DNA of 64,000 bases from a virus. The translations under genes and the position numbers were made by a program. Positions within the stretch are counted from its first letter, which is position 1. Each line of letters begins with the position of its first letter. The stretch lies in the IMG/VR virus record IMGVR_UViG_3300045988_109836, one strand, 5' to 3'. Positions 18,989 to 29,300 of the stretch are shown here, piece after piece. The notes beneath the pieces were generated by a model. It was not told the origin of the DNA. It searched no databases and saw nothing but the letters and a program-made list of their open reading frames with translations.

Positions 18989-19321
18989 TCAGACACCGAA
19001 AAAGTCCTTAGTCATTTTATCCCTTTTGGCTTGTATCTTTTCATTAATACCCTCTTTTTCAATGCCTTTCTTATATCGCGCCTTAAGGATAGAGGCTTTA
19101 TTTTCGTTGGACTGGGAACCGAAAGAGGCGAACGCCACGTTTATATCACCGTCGCTTTCCGGCAATTCTTCCCTATATCCCATCTGTTTTCCGCATACCT
19201 TACAATAAGGTATATTAATAGGTACGGTTCCCTTGTCGGTGTATTTAAACATAGGGTTTGTCTCTATGGTTTCCTTCCCGAACTCCGTACATTCCTTGTT
19301 TTCACATTTCCAGTATATCAT
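18989..19321 (-). CDS. zinc-ribbon protein (110 aa)
   Basis: CENKEC...CKVCGK four-Cys arrangement. ATG ORF. Confidence 0.65.
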   Translation of the reverse strand: MIYWKCENKECTEFGKETIETNPMFKYTDKGTVPINIPYCKVCGKQMGYREELPESDGDINVAFASFGSQSNENKASILKARYKKGIEKEGINEKIQAKRDKMTKDFFGV

Positions 19322-19656
19322 CTTTCTTTTATTTTAACTGGTAGTCCTTCCAATACCAAGGTTACACAATCCTCGAAACTCATAACTTTTGCACCGTCTT
19401 CTTTCCACCTGTTGATATCTTCTTCCTCTTCTTCCGGTGTCGGTCTGAATATCTTCCGGCACAACTCCCTTTGATACTCTTTGTTCTTTTCCTTATTATC
19501 ACCATACATTCGGCATTCTCCCAATATATTATAATAATCTTCTTCCGTCATTCCTGCCTTAAAGCAAGCAACCTTTATTGCTACATTAGGCACAATAAAA
19601 CTTTTTCTTATGTATTCTTCTTCCATACCATTATCATTTAAAATGTCTTCGTCCAT
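19318..19656 (-). CDS. hypothetical protein (112 aa)
   Basis: ATG ORF with ATGA coupling downstream. Confidence 0.7.
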   Translation of the reverse strand: MDEDILNDNGMEEEYIRKSFIVPNVAIKVACFKAGMTEEDYYNILGECRMYGDNKEKNKEYQRELCRKIFRPTPEEEEEDINRWKEDGAKVMSFEDCVTLVLEGLPVKIKER

Positions 19657-20149
19657 ATTCAGCCATCAATAAGGAATCTGCAAAGTTATCATCATCCTTT
19701 AAACTTCTATTTGTTCTTTTTAAGCTCACATCCGGAAAAATACGGTGTGCGGCAACAATACTCATTTTCTTTACGTCCTTTACCGTCTTGGTTCCGTCAT
19801 TCTTGGTTACCATCTTTATACCTTTGTGCATGTCTGACTGCCATTTCTTGGGCGGTATCTTTGTATAGGGTAATCCGGCAATTGCACAAAAGAATTCCGG
19901 CACGCACGAATTATAACCGAACGTAAACGTTCCTTTTGCCGAAGAACCATACAGTGCATGCACGTCCTCTATCACGACGTGCCGGACCTCGTAGCCTTCG
20001 ACAAAAGCAAGCAACCTGTTTGCCGTCTCTATCATATCCACTACCTTGATATCCCTAAAGATAGGTTCTGCCTTGATAAAAGACCCGTCTTCCGCAATCA
20101 TTGACACAAACCCCTTTGTTCCAGGGTCAAATCCCATAAATACTTTCAT
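19634..20149 (-). CDS. RuvC-like Holliday-junction resolvase
   Basis: Motifs GFDPGTKG, VVIEDV and DDNFADSLLMAEYG, giving the acidic catalytic pattern of RuvC-fold resolvases. Confidence 0.7.
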   Translation of the reverse strand: MKVFMGFDPGTKGFVSMIAEDGSFIKAEPIFRDIKVVDMIETANRLLAFVEGYEVRHVVIEDVHALYGSSAKGTFTFGYNSCVPEFFCAIAGLPYTKIPPKKWQSDMHKGIKMVTKNDGTKTVKDVKKMSIVAAHRIFPDVSLKRTNRSLKDDDNFADSLLMAEYGRRHFK

Positions 20150-20150
20150 T

Positions 20151-22151
20151 CTACACCTCCAATCTTGAAATTCCGTTTTCCTTGATTACTTTCAGTTGTT
20201 TTATCTCGTCATTAAGTTTTGGCACATGGGTAACAATCAATATAGTTTGTTTCAGAAATTCCGTAGAGGAAATTATGTTTTCTATACCCAAAGAATCGCT
20301 ACTTTCCAACACCTCATCCAACAATAAAAAATCCATGCCTCCGTATTGTTTTGTAGCGTTAATCATGCTTTGTATCGCAATGATAAGAGCCACTTCCACA
20401 CGTGCCTGTTCACCGCCGGAATAGAAGAAAAAGCTTTCCATTTCGTCACGGAAAACATAGGGCGTTATCTCCTCTTTCAACGTTCCGTTTGCGTTCCGTT
20501 TAAAGCCTTCAATCATCAGACGTAAATCACTTTTCATTTTCTTAAGTACGTCATTGGCTGCGTTCTGAATATTCTTTATCTGCTCCATAGCCAGGTACAT
20601 CTTGAAATCCTTGAATCGGCTGTCCCACTGCTGTACCTTGAAAATACCGTTCTTTATGTCAAGAATTTTTTTGCTGCCTTCCTCTATGTCCTTAGAAAGT
20701 TTTTCTACCGCCTTTTCCTGGTCTTTAATAGAGGGTCTTTCCGCTTTCTGCTTTTTCAACTCCTCTATATACCCGGTCTTTGATTCAATAAGGGAACGGT
20801 TTGTTTCGACCTCTGAACGCATCTTTACAATGGAGTTTTCATACCCCTTCTTCTCGCGTTCAAATTCCCTTATACGGTCTTCAACCTCCATCATCTTGTC
20901 AACCACCTTTCCACGACGTACACGCAATTTACGTTCTTCCTCTTCCGTTTCCTTCCGTACATCCTGGTATTGGGAGATAAGGTCTTCCAGTTCGTTTATA
21001 GAGGTCTCATATTCGTTTTTCTTTACCGTATTTTTGTCAATGGCTGTTTTATAAGCCTCTTTGTCAGCCTCCAATTCTTCAAAATCCTTGTCAGCATCCA
21101 TAAAAAACTTATGATTGCAGTTAGGACACACAATGACACCAGAAAGCAATACTTCGACCTTCTGTAATTTCTTCTCATAATCAGCTAATTTCAGCGCATA
21201 ATCTTTGCGCCTTTCTTCCTTGTTTGACTTGTCTTTCCTTAACCCGGCTATTTCCGTGTCTATTTCCTTATAGGTATCCTTGTAAGCATCCATATCAAAA
21301 CTTTCAAGTTCTTTGCTTACATCTTCTTTTAACTTTACAAGGTCTTCAATATCCTTGTCTACATTTTCAATGTTCTTTTCCGCTTTAGGAATACGCATCT
21401 TTACAAGGTCTTCATTGAGTATTTGCAAAGAATAGATTTCGGACTGGATTTCGCCTATAATACCTTTTTTCTTTTCTTCCGGGTCTTCGTTCAACACTTG
21501 CTGTATCTGTTCTTCATAAGCTTGTTTCTTGCCTTCCGCAACGCTTTTCAAACATTCTTCTTTGTGCAATTCTTGTTCCAATATTCCGACCTTTTCGGAA
21601 ATCACACCTTTTGTCTTGTCAATATTGGAGAAATTGACAAAGCGGCTTATCAAAGCAAGTTTTTCCGTATTGGACGAACGAAAGAAAGACGAATAATTAC
21701 CCTTGGTTACGATATAATAGGACTTAGCATCTTCCGGTGTAATCTCAATCCAGCTAATCACATATTTATTCGCATCCAATACAGTAGCTACCGTTACGGG
21801 CGTCTCTACATCATCTTTCTTTAGGGTTAACAATACTTTGGAAGAACTTTTCAACGGAATTGTACGCTCAATTATCAGTGTTTCTTTCCGTTTTTGACAA
21901 AATATTTCAACCTTAGTATAGGCTTCTTTCGTACCTTTACGTATCAGTTTCTTGTCTTCTTTTCCTCTTAGATTAACGCCATATATCGCATAGAACAAGC
22001 CTTGTGCGATTGTAGATTTGCCCACCCCGTTCGTTAGCTGGTCTTCCTCTGTCCGGTTCTCCCCAGTCACTCCCAAAGTTTCTTTTGTAAAGGTGTAATC
22101 AAGTTCTTCAAATGACAAAAAATTTCTTAATATCAATCTTTCGGGGTACAT
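20151..22151 (-). CDS. SbcC/Rad50-like (T4 gp46-like) recombination ATPase
   Basis: The N-terminal Walker A reads NGVGKST. A long coiled coil carries the CPNC zinc hook. The signature is SGGEQARV and the Walker B is FLLLDEV. Confidence 0.85.
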   Translation of the reverse strand: MYPERLILRNFLSFEELDYTFTKETLGVTGENRTEEDQLTNGVGKSTIAQGLFYAIYGVNLRGKEDKKLIRKGTKEAYTKVEIFCQKRKETLIIERTIPLKSSSKVLLTLKKDDVETPVTVATVLDANKYVISWIEITPEDAKSYYIVTKGNYSSFFRSSNTEKLALISRFVNFSNIDKTKGVISEKVGILEQELHKEECLKSVAEGKKQAYEEQIQQVLNEDPEEKKKGIIGEIQSEIYSLQILNEDLVKMRIPKAEKNIENVDKDIEDLVKLKEDVSKELESFDMDAYKDTYKEIDTEIAGLRKDKSNKEERRKDYALKLADYEKKLQKVEVLLSGVIVCPNCNHKFFMDADKDFEELEADKEAYKTAIDKNTVKKNEYETSINELEDLISQYQDVRKETEEEERKLRVRRGKVVDKMMEVEDRIREFEREKKGYENSIVKMRSEVETNRSLIESKTGYIEELKKQKAERPSIKDQEKAVEKLSKDIEEGSKKILDIKNGIFKVQQWDSRFKDFKMYLAMEQIKNIQNAANDVLKKMKSDLRLMIEGFKRNANGTLKEEITPYVFRDEMESFFFYSGGEQARVEVALIIAIQSMINATKQYGGMDFLLLDEVLESSDSLGIENIISSTEFLKQTILIVTHVPKLNDEIKQLKVIKENGISRLEV

Positions 22152-23104
22152 AATTTATCTGTCAATTTATTTTTAATTTCATTAAACAAATCCTTATCAG
22201 ATAGCGCTTTCTTGGCGTTATCCATTCCCTGCCCCAACCGGGTTTCTCCATAATAGAACCAAGCACCCTTTTTAGAGCAAATTCCCTCTCTTATAGACAT
22301 ATCTATAAGCTCCTGTACCGTATCAAAACCTACACCGTACTCTAACATTACCTGGCATACACGAAAAGGGGGCGCAATCTTGTTTTTTACAATTTTAATC
22401 TGGGTCTTGTTGGCTGTTGCTATCCCGTCCGTCTTTTCCGTACCTATACGGGCAAATTCAGCTCTCTGTGTGGCATAGAACTTAAGAGCTTCTCCTCCTG
22501 GTGTGGTTGTTGTTGGCCCAAATCCCATACCCCCGATTTTCTGCCTTGTCTGATTGATACATAGGAGTATGTTGTTATTCTTTTTGCATACATTTTTTAA
22601 AATGCTTAGCTGCTGTGACATAAGGCGCGCTACAAGCGCTATTTTTGCATCTCCTGCCTCGCCCTGCAAAACAGCTTCTGGCACCAGCCCGGCAACAGAA
22701 TCCAATACCACCAATCCGATTTCTGGTGCTTCCAGCATTTCACGCGCGATTTCAAGCGCTTGCTCTGCACTATCCGGCTGTGACATTATCCACTTGTCCC
22801 GACCTAAATCAACTCCAAGCGCTTTTGCATACTCCAAGTCAAGTGCTTGTTCCGTATCTACATACCCCACCGCTTTTCCAAGCGTTTTTTGTACGGACGC
22901 GCTTAGATGCAATGCCGCGGAGCTTTTGCCACTGGAAAATCCGCCGTATATTTCGTGTATTCTTCCAAGCGCAAAACCTCCTCCTAATATCTCGTCAAAT
23001 GCCATGCTGCCGGAAGACACGGTGTCTACCTTTACTTCATTTCCTACTACCGCTTCCTTTCCGAAACGCTTCTCTATTCTTCCAAATAATTCTTCAAGAC
23101 CCAT
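22133..23104 (-). CDS. recA: RecA-family recombinase
   Basis: IEKRFGKEAV, SSGSMAFDEILGGGFALGRIHEIYGGFSSGKSS and YVDTEQALD are collinear with bacterial RecA. Confidence 0.85.
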   Translation of the reverse strand: MGLEELFGRIEKRFGKEAVVGNEVKVDTVSSGSMAFDEILGGGFALGRIHEIYGGFSSGKSSAALHLSASVQKTLGKAVGYVDTEQALDLEYAKALGVDLGRDKWIMSQPDSAEQALEIAREMLEAPEIGLVVLDSVAGLVPEAVLQGEAGDAKIALVARLMSQQLSILKNVCKKNNNILLCINQTRQKIGGMGFGPTTTTPGGEALKFYATQRAEFARIGTEKTDGIATANKTQIKIVKNKIAPPFRVCQVMLEYGVGFDTVQELIDMSIREGICSKKGAWFYYGETRLGQGMDNAKKALSDKDLFNEIKNKLTDKLCTPKD

Positions 23105-24132
23105 TATAACACCTCCTTCAATATTTCCATTCCTTCATTATAGGAGTAATCATTTTGTTTGCAAAACTCCTTGAACTTGTCCGCAATATCGGAACCGGAC
23201 AAAGCTTTGATTTCTTCTGCTGTCTCCACCTCTTCCGTTTCCAGTTCTACGGATTTGACCTTGACATCTACACCAAGCTTTCTGTACTCCTCTTTGTCAA
23301 TAGAGGAAATTGCATCTTTGGTTCCGACAAATTCCACGCGCACAAAATCCCTCTTGTTCTTCTTTTGAAAATCCTTTACAATCTTGTCGGCTTGCTTGAA
23401 CGTCGTATTTTCCAGATTCACGGTAACCTTCTTGTATCGTTTCCCTTTTGACGGGATAAACGCATAGGTCAAATCATCATCCAATAACCAGAACCCCTTT
23501 TTATCGTCTTCCCCGAAATTGTTTTGTGTAATGCTTCCAAGGTGTACAATATTCTTTCCTATTTCCTGGGTATCGTGATAATGCCCGGAAAACACCATAC
23601 CGAAGTTTTTAAACAGAGAGGGTTTTATATCGCTTTCCACCTCGCTACCATCATTATTCCTGCTTCCTTGAAATGCGATATGAGTAAAAAGTACATGCGT
23701 CTTATGATTCTTTTCCTTTAATACGTCCGACATTCCTTTTAACCATATCGAATTGTCGAAAAACGGCATAAAATAACATATTACACTGCCTATCTCGAAA
23801 GCGTCCAGGTCAGTTATTAACTTGAACCCTTTATGGTATTTAAACGCATCCAAAAACGACCTGTCCGAACTATAATCGCTCTTATCGTGGTTCCCTGGAA
23901 TGCAATATACTGTGTGTTCCATCCTCGCGTACATGTCAAGGATAGAGGAAAAAGCGTTTAGAACATCCTGCCTTTGTGATATACGGGAATCGAATATATC
24001 GCCAAGCCACACATGATTTGTTATACCGTTGTCTTCCGCTACACTTAATTCCTGCCTTTGTAATTCCATTATCTCTTCGATATTGGAAGATTTCAAATGC
24101 CAATCAGTGCTTATTATCATTTTCCCTGTCAT
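23104..24132 (-). CDS. SbcD/Mre11-like (T4 gp47-like) nuclease
   Basis: Calcineurin-like phosphoesterase motifs DWH, GDIFD, GNHD, FTH and GHYH. Confidence 0.85.
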   Translation of the reverse strand: MTGKMIISTDWHLKSSNIEEIMELQRQELSVAEDNGITNHVWLGDIFDSRISQRQDVLNAFSSILDMYARMEHTVYCIPGNHDKSDYSSDRSFLDAFKYHKGFKLITDLDAFEIGSVICYFMPFFDNSIWLKGMSDVLKEKNHKTHVLFTHIAFQGSRNNDGSEVESDIKPSLFKNFGMVFSGHYHDTQEIGKNIVHLGSITQNNFGEDDKKGFWLLDDDLTYAFIPSKGKRYKKVTVNLENTTFKQADKIVKDFQKKNKRDFVRVEFVGTKDAISSIDKEEYRKLGVDVKVKSVELETEEVETAEEIKALSGSDIADKFKEFCKQNDYSYNEGMEILKEVL

Positions 24133-24332
24133 AACGCAGTCACTTTTAATGTATTGTCAAGATTTTTCAAAACATTGTCCTTTTCTTCTTCCTTGTCAAA
24201 ATAGAAGCTTTCCCAGACATTGGATATCTTCAAAGCTATTCTAAACTTCTTTGTTGACTGTGAATACCCCTCGTCATTGTATCTGCTGATAGAGGAAATC
24301 TTTATCCTCTTGTTGTTTATCTGTACAAACAT
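24129..24332 (-). CDS. hypothetical small protein (67 aa)
   Basis: ATG ORF with ATGA coupling. Confidence 0.6.
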   Translation of the reverse strand: MFVQINNKRIKISSISRYNDEGYSQSTKKFRIALKISNVWESFYFDKEEEKDNVLKNLDNTLKVTAL

Positions 24333-24336
24333 TTTC

Positions 24337-24957
24337 CTACCAAATTAAATACGTTCCACTCAATCCTACAAACACGTCAAAATCCTTATTGAATACTCCG
24401 TATCCGGCACCTACTGACACACCGAAACCGAATCTTTTCTTTTTTTCCGGTTTGGTCCACATCGTAACATCGCCTATCTTTCCGGGCAATTGAGACGTTA
24501 TCTCCATACGGTTATTGTCTCCTATACGCTGGTTTGTCAATAAAAATTTGTTGGTTATATTAAAGTTAATCTTATACTTTGCCAGGTGTGTAGCCCATAC
24601 CTGCAAGTCATATCCCACTGTGTCGGTTTCTTCCTTAAATGTATAGAGGCTGTCCGTTTTTCTTAATTCGGAAACCTGCTTTTCCAGTCCTTCATACCTG
24701 TATTTCCATTCAAATTCTATTGCCTCTACGAGTGCTTCCTTTTCCTTCAATCGACTGTACAATTCTTTGTTTTCTTTTTTCAATTTAGAAAAGCTTTCGG
24801 AATTATAAACCTTTGTGTATCTGTTTAAGGAATCTGTGTAAAATTCTACTTCATATAATAACCTTTCGTTTTCCCTCGCTTTCTTGATAGATAGGAATAA
24901 CAATACAAGTATTATTATCATACCTGCAATAAGAATTACTCTGTAAAGATTTTTCAT
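24337..24957 (-). CDS. membrane-anchored hypothetical protein (206 aa)
   Basis: N-terminal hydrophobic helix (VILIAGMIIILVLLFL). Confidence 0.7.
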   Translation of the reverse strand: MKNLYRVILIAGMIIILVLLFLSIKKARENERLLYEVEFYTDSLNRYTKVYNSESFSKLKKENKELYSRLKEKEALVEAIEFEWKYRYEGLEKQVSELRKTDSLYTFKEETDTVGYDLQVWATHLAKYKINFNITNKFLLTNQRIGDNNRMEITSQLPGKIGDVTMWTKPEKKKRFGFGVSVGAGYGVFNKDFDVFVGLSGTYLIW

Positions 24958-24972
24958 AATAGTAGGAATAAT

Positions 24973-24996
24973 GGAAGGGTATAATATTACCCTTCC
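24973..24996 (-). terminator. hairpin terminator after the SSB-like gene
   Basis: 9-bp stem GGAAGGGTA/TACCCTTCC with a 6-nt loop. Confidence 0.5.
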
Positions 24997-25008
24997 TTGT
25001 AATGATTT

Positions 25009-26349
25009 TTATTTTGAAGTTCTTGCTTTAAGGTTTCTCAACCGTGATGCAATAGAGTTAGGAACGCTTGCTGACGCTTCCTTTTCTTCCACTGCCGTAT
25101 CTTCCGGTTTCGGGTCTTCTGCTGCTACCGAATCTTCGTCTTCCGGCTCTTCGTAATCTTCAAAAGGCAGCTCGCCGCCTTCTTGTGCGATATCGTACCA
25201 TTTACGGAGTTCTGCTACCGTCAACTCTTCCGGTAATTCCTTGTCTTCGTAGTTATCGGCAATGTAGGCGCGAAGTTCTTTTTTAAGGTTGGTAAGTGTA
25301 GGATAACCACCTACTTTCTTTTCCGGTCTCGCTGGCTCTTCTTTCGGTTCTTCCTGTTTAACCTTCTTTGTTTCGGGGGCTTTTTTGGGTGATTTCTTTT
25401 CCTTGATTTCGTCTTCTTCCGGTACAAGCTTGTCAAGTTCTTCGAGTTTGTTTAGGAAGGCATCGTTCTGGAAAATACCGTATGATTGTTCTTCGTCGAT
25501 TCTTTCCAGTCCTTCCAACTGCATATCCCAGTCTTTACGTGAGAATACATCCACATACATATCATCCAAAGTAGGCAGTTCTTCCATAATGCCGAATACT
25601 TCGTCAGATACACGGTTTTTCGCAAAGAAATCATCCCAGCTTTGACGTTTATTCGCATCCGGCATTCCGCAAGAAATATCGAAATTTTTCTTCTTGTTTT
25701 CATCCGTGGCAACATTGATAATCAATGGATAACCTTCGTCCGGGTCAGAAAAGATGTCAAGATTAATTATTCCATCATCCGAACCTCCGGCACGTTCCAT
25801 AGAGATGTTCTTCATTCTCTTCCACCAATCCGGGCGCAAATCAAGGCGATACACGTCACTTTCTGCCCATACATAAGCCACGTAGTTAAGTATGGGTTTC
25901 ATGCCCCACGTCCACTGCTTTTGCTTGTTACGATAGCCACTAATTGGATAGAGGAATTTTGCGCGTTCGTCCTTGTCCTGGATATCGTTTGCCAGATTAT
26001 ACACATGACTGATATAGGTCAACGCTGCATCCTCGCCATTCATGCGGTTACTGTGGATATCAGAGGTAAAAATGTCTTTTTGTCTGATTTCCTTCTTCCC
26101 GGTGTCTTTCCCGTCCTTATCATATACCGCACATTCGATAGGAAGTTTAACCGTCTTTCTCGGCATATAGGGTTTCCCTGTCAACGACGGCAATACGCGC
26201 AATACATATCTTCCGTCTTCGCTCAGATTAAAAAATGAGGCTCTGCCGCCTTGTCCAAAACCACCGCCCATTGTTGCGGCTGCTTTTCCTACTGTTTCAT
26301 CAATTGATTCTACACTCGCTTTTTTGTACTTACTTCTATCAAATGCCAT
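25009..26349 (-). CDS. T4 gp32-like single-stranded DNA-binding protein
   Basis: Collinear by eye with gp32 (FFNLSEDGRYVLRVLPS versus ...AVIRFLPS; YVAYVWA; YRLDLRPDWWKRM). It has a long acidic C-terminal tail and sits in the replication module. Confidence 0.55.
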   Translation of the reverse strand: MAFDRSKYKKASVESIDETVGKAAATMGGGFGQGGRASFFNLSEDGRYVLRVLPSLTGKPYMPRKTVKLPIECAVYDKDGKDTGKKEIRQKDIFTSDIHSNRMNGEDAALTYISHVYNLANDIQDKDERAKFLYPISGYRNKQKQWTWGMKPILNYVAYVWAESDVYRLDLRPDWWKRMKNISMERAGGSDDGIINLDIFSDPDEGYPLIINVATDENKKKNFDISCGMPDANKRQSWDDFFAKNRVSDEVFGIMEELPTLDDMYVDVFSRKDWDMQLEGLERIDEEQSYGIFQNDAFLNKLEELDKLVPEEDEIKEKKSPKKAPETKKVKQEEPKEEPARPEKKVGGYPTLTNLKKELRAYIADNYEDKELPEELTVAELRKWYDIAQEGGELPFEDYEEPEDEDSVAAEDPKPEDTAVEEKEASASVPNSIASRLRNLKARTSK

Positions 26350-26367
26350 AACACAAAATTTTTAAAA

Positions 26368-26898
26368 TTAATAATTGGTTTTTACTACATTAAAAGTATT
26401 TATTTTTCCTTCAATAAGCTCTTTTTCAAAGTCTTGCGGTACAATCTTAGGTAACAAATTGTTAAGTTTCTTGTCCTTGCTTTGTACTGCCCAAAATAGG
26501 GTGTCTAACTTGTCTCTTTTCGATTCTATCTCAATAAGATTCATCAGATTTTTCTGATATTGTTCATTAAGCAATATCGCGTCTTCCAACCCTTTTTCAG
26601 TCAGCTTAAAAGATTCTCCATCAATCGTTATTCTTCCTCCATTTGTAGCCGCTTCCCTCCTTAATTTCTTCCTCAAATTAGCTGCAAACACATCGCAAAA
26701 CAGTTTCTCTTCCTTCGCTTTCTTCTCATATTCAACCTTCATCAGACCGACTTTGTTAAGCAATCCGGACACCGTTACCGCCTCTCCATAGAGGTTAGAG
26801 TAATTGATTGTCGTAACATCGTCCAATTCTATTTCTTCGTCCTTATCCGGTGATACCAAAACAACGGTCTTGGTACCGATTTCTACCATAATTTTCAT
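26368..26898 (-). CDS. hypothetical protein (176 aa)
   Basis: ATG ORF between the SSB-like gene and dnaE. Confidence 0.7.
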   Translation of the reverse strand: MKIMVEIGTKTVVLVSPDKDEEIELDDVTTINYSNLYGEAVTVSGLLNKVGLMKVEYEKKAKEEKLFCDVFAANLRKKLRREAATNGGRITIDGESFKLTEKGLEDAILLNEQYQKNLMNLIEIESKRDKLDTLFWAVQSKDKKLNNLLPKIVPQDFEKELIEGKINTFNVVKTNY

Positions 26899-26910
26899 AT
26901 CAAAAATATT

Positions 26911-29283
26911 TTACGTCAATACTGTAAACAATGAATTAACATTCGCCTGCAAAATATATTCTCCTCTAAACTTATCCCACACAATCACGCCATTAACCAA
27001 CAAAATGTTCTTTTTACTACCCCTTAAAAACTCTCCGTATTCTTCAAACAACTCTGGAAAAATCGTTACATTTATAAACTCGTAATTACTTTCCAATACT
27101 ATAGTGGCAAATATGCCTTTCTTACTTTTCCTCTCTATTATCTCAATCACATAGCCGCCTATCACGGCACGACGGGTTTTCTTTGAATTAATGTCCCAAA
27201 ATTTTATCTGAGACACATCCTGGAATTCCGTTTCGTCGTCTAATTTAGGCATATGATATTCATTCACCAAATCATAATAATCAAAAAATGCAAAACCGGA
27301 CGTTCTTTTTTGCTGTAATAGCCACCACCAATTATTGCGTTCTTTACGGACTTTCATAATATTGGTAAGTAAATCCTTATCTTCCAATATCTTAACCCTT
27401 TTGTTCTCGCGGTACATCTCAATAAGGGACAAACGGTCTTTCGGTTCCTGGATATTTTCCAGTTCGTCGAACGCCCCTGCAAATATCAAATTCTCAATGA
27501 CCGATTTATTTACCGGACTGCCTTTAATTACGCATCTATCTATAAATTCCTCCAAAGAGAAAAACGGGCCGTTCTTCTTTTTCTCTTCCGATATGTATTC
27601 CTGTGCCCTTTCTCCGCATTGCTTTACTGCGTTGAATGCCCAGTACATGCTGTTTGTTCGGTAATCAGACACGATATTTACGTCTGACTTGTTGATGTCT
27701 ACCGGGTGTATCTTTATCTCACCAGACTGCTGTATCTCGTTTACATAATAAGGTATCTTTTCATCCTTCGCAAACGAGAATGTAGCACTCCAATACTCAA
27801 TAGGATAGTGTACCTTAAGCCATAGGCATATATAGGCGGTCATACCATAGCATACGGAATGACTATTACATGTTACGATACCTTCCCCAGTAACAAAGTT
27901 ATGTTCCGGATGGTCTATCTCAACGTCATAGGTCGGTTCCGCATCCATCACATAAGCAAAAACGACTTCCACATTTACCCTCATACCATGTTTATAGGTA
28001 TACAATACATCACCTTTTCTTAAAAGAAAAGCATATTTGCGCCCTTCCGGTGTGGGGAATTTGTGGTTTCCGGAACATCTTACTGTAGCCCCGTCACTTG
28101 TCTGTATCTTATAGATGAAACGCTTCCCTGCATATCTTATTTCCTTTACTTTGGTAGGAATAAATTCACCATACTTTCCCATCGTTATTGCCGGAATGTC
28201 CTCAACTCCTTTTTCATACAGTTCTTTGATTGTCAATTCATTGGGATAAATCTTCTCGTCTCCATGCAAGCACTTGTTGAATGAATACTTTGCAAATTCT
28301 TCCATCTGATTCCAAAGATTTTCCGCATATTCTTTTGTAACCCCCTTAGAAGCAAATCTTTCTGCATAATTGGTAACGAACTTATCTTTATAAAGTTTTA
28401 TCTTCTTTAAATCTTTCTTTCCCAAGCATTTACGCAAAAGGTCTGTAGTTTCAGAATCAAACCCAGCAAGTTTTTGCGCCAATAACATTATACTTTCTTG
28501 ATAGACAAGAAGACCAAAGTCTTTCTTTACTACTTCTTCCCCACCTATAGGCATTTCTTCCGTCCAGTCCTTTTCTCCGTTCTTCCGCAAAATATACTCG
28601 TTGTGGAAATTGTTTTCCATAGGTCCAGGTCTATAGAGGGCCACGCATGCAGACAGTTCGTTTATGTTTTCCGGTTTCATCTTTACACAATATCCAGATA
28701 ATCCGGCTGAACCAAGCTGGAAAACATCGCCCAGCCATCCTTTGCCTGCATACTCGAATACTTGCTTATCATCCAAAGGCAAACTATATATATCAACGTC
28801 TATTCCGTGGTTTTCCTTTATCAAGCGTAACATTTCCTCGAACTTATCCAACTGGATAATCCCCAAAACATCTTCCTTTAGGAATCCTGCCGCTTCCACT
28901 TCCGAACCTTCCCAGTCCGTAACTACAAGTCCTTTTTGTGTATGTACGGGCATCCATTCATAAGATGTTTTTCCGTCCGGCAATACTACGGTTCCGCACG
29001 CATGCACTGACTGGCTTTTAGGCGAGCCAAGAATAACCATCATATCGTTAAACGTCTCTGTATGTTCCTTGACGAATTTCTTTAGGTCTTCTTTCCCACA
29101 TACAGTCTTGAAAAACTCCTCTATCGTCTTTTCCTTGTCGTCTCCGATACAAGCGGTAAACCATCTGTATAACTGTACTGGTATACCGTCTGCACGTGCC
29201 ATGTCCGATATTGCTTCTTTTAGCTGGAAAGTGGTGTAGGTGCCAAGCGAACAAACCTGCTCCTTTCCAAACCTTTCTTCCAT
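26911..29283 (-). CDS. dnaE: DNA polymerase III alpha (DnaE) C-terminal part, containing a mini-intein
   Basis: Motifs ALYRPGPME, GLLVYQESIMLLAQKLAGF, FNK/SHS and a C-terminal OB-like region. The frame stays open upstream to the TGA at 29350-29352 and encodes IDTDFPGRRRDEIKAY before the first ATG. Confidence 0.85.
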   Translation of the reverse strand: MEERFGKEQVCSLGTYTTFQLKEAISDMARADGIPVQLYRWFTACIGDDKEKTIEEFFKTVCGKEDLKKFVKEHTETFNDMMVILGSPKSQSVHACGTVVLPDGKTSYEWMPVHTQKGLVVTDWEGSEVEAAGFLKEDVLGIIQLDKFEEMLRLIKENHGIDVDIYSLPLDDKQVFEYAGKGWLGDVFQLGSAGLSGYCVKMKPENINELSACVALYRPGPMENNFHNEYILRKNGEKDWTEEMPIGGEEVVKKDFGLLVYQESIMLLAQKLAGFDSETTDLLRKCLGKKDLKKIKLYKDKFVTNYAERFASKGVTKEYAENLWNQMEEFAKYSFNKCLHGDEKIYPNELTIKELYEKGVEDIPAITMGKYGEFIPTKVKEIRYAGKRFIYKIQTSDGATVRCSGNHKFPTPEGRKYAFLLRKGDVLYTYKHGMRVNVEVVFAYVMDAEPTYDVEIDHPEHNFVTGEGIVTCNSHSVCYGMTAYICLWLKVHYPIEYWSATFSFAKDEKIPYYVNEIQQSGEIKIHPVDINKSDVNIVSDYRTNSMYWAFNAVKQCGERAQEYISEEKKKNGPFFSLEEFIDRCVIKGSPVNKSVIENLIFAGAFDELENIQEPKDRLSLIEMYRENKRVKILEDKDLLTNIMKVRKERNNWWWLLQQKRTSGFAFFDYYDLVNEYHMPKLDDETEFQDVSQIKFWDINSKKTRRAVIGGYVIEIIERKSKKGIFATIVLESNYEFINVTIFPELFEEYGEFLRGSKKNILLVNGVIVWDKFRGEYILQANVNSLFTVLT
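27865..28272 (-). mobile_element. 136-aa mini-intein in DnaE with no endonuclease domain
   Basis: It is inserted between FNK and SHS of the conserved FNKSH motif. It starts CLHGDEK, has block B RCSGNHKF and blocks F/G TYDVEIDHPEHNFVTGEGIVTCN, and is followed by a +1 Ser. Confidence 0.8.
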
Positions 29284-29300
29284 GTAAGCTTTTATTTCGT

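Noticed and set aside
22554-23174. Long plus-strand ORFs opposite minus-strand genes (for example 22554-23174 at 206 aa, 44104-44976 at 290 aa, 35276-35800 at 174 aa, 25642-26238 at 198 aa)
   Set aside because: They lie antisense to genes with clear motif support (RecA, fibre, DnaB, SSB). Their composition is low-complexity or Ser/Leu/Cys-rich, typical of shadow frames, and they have no promoter or coupling signals.
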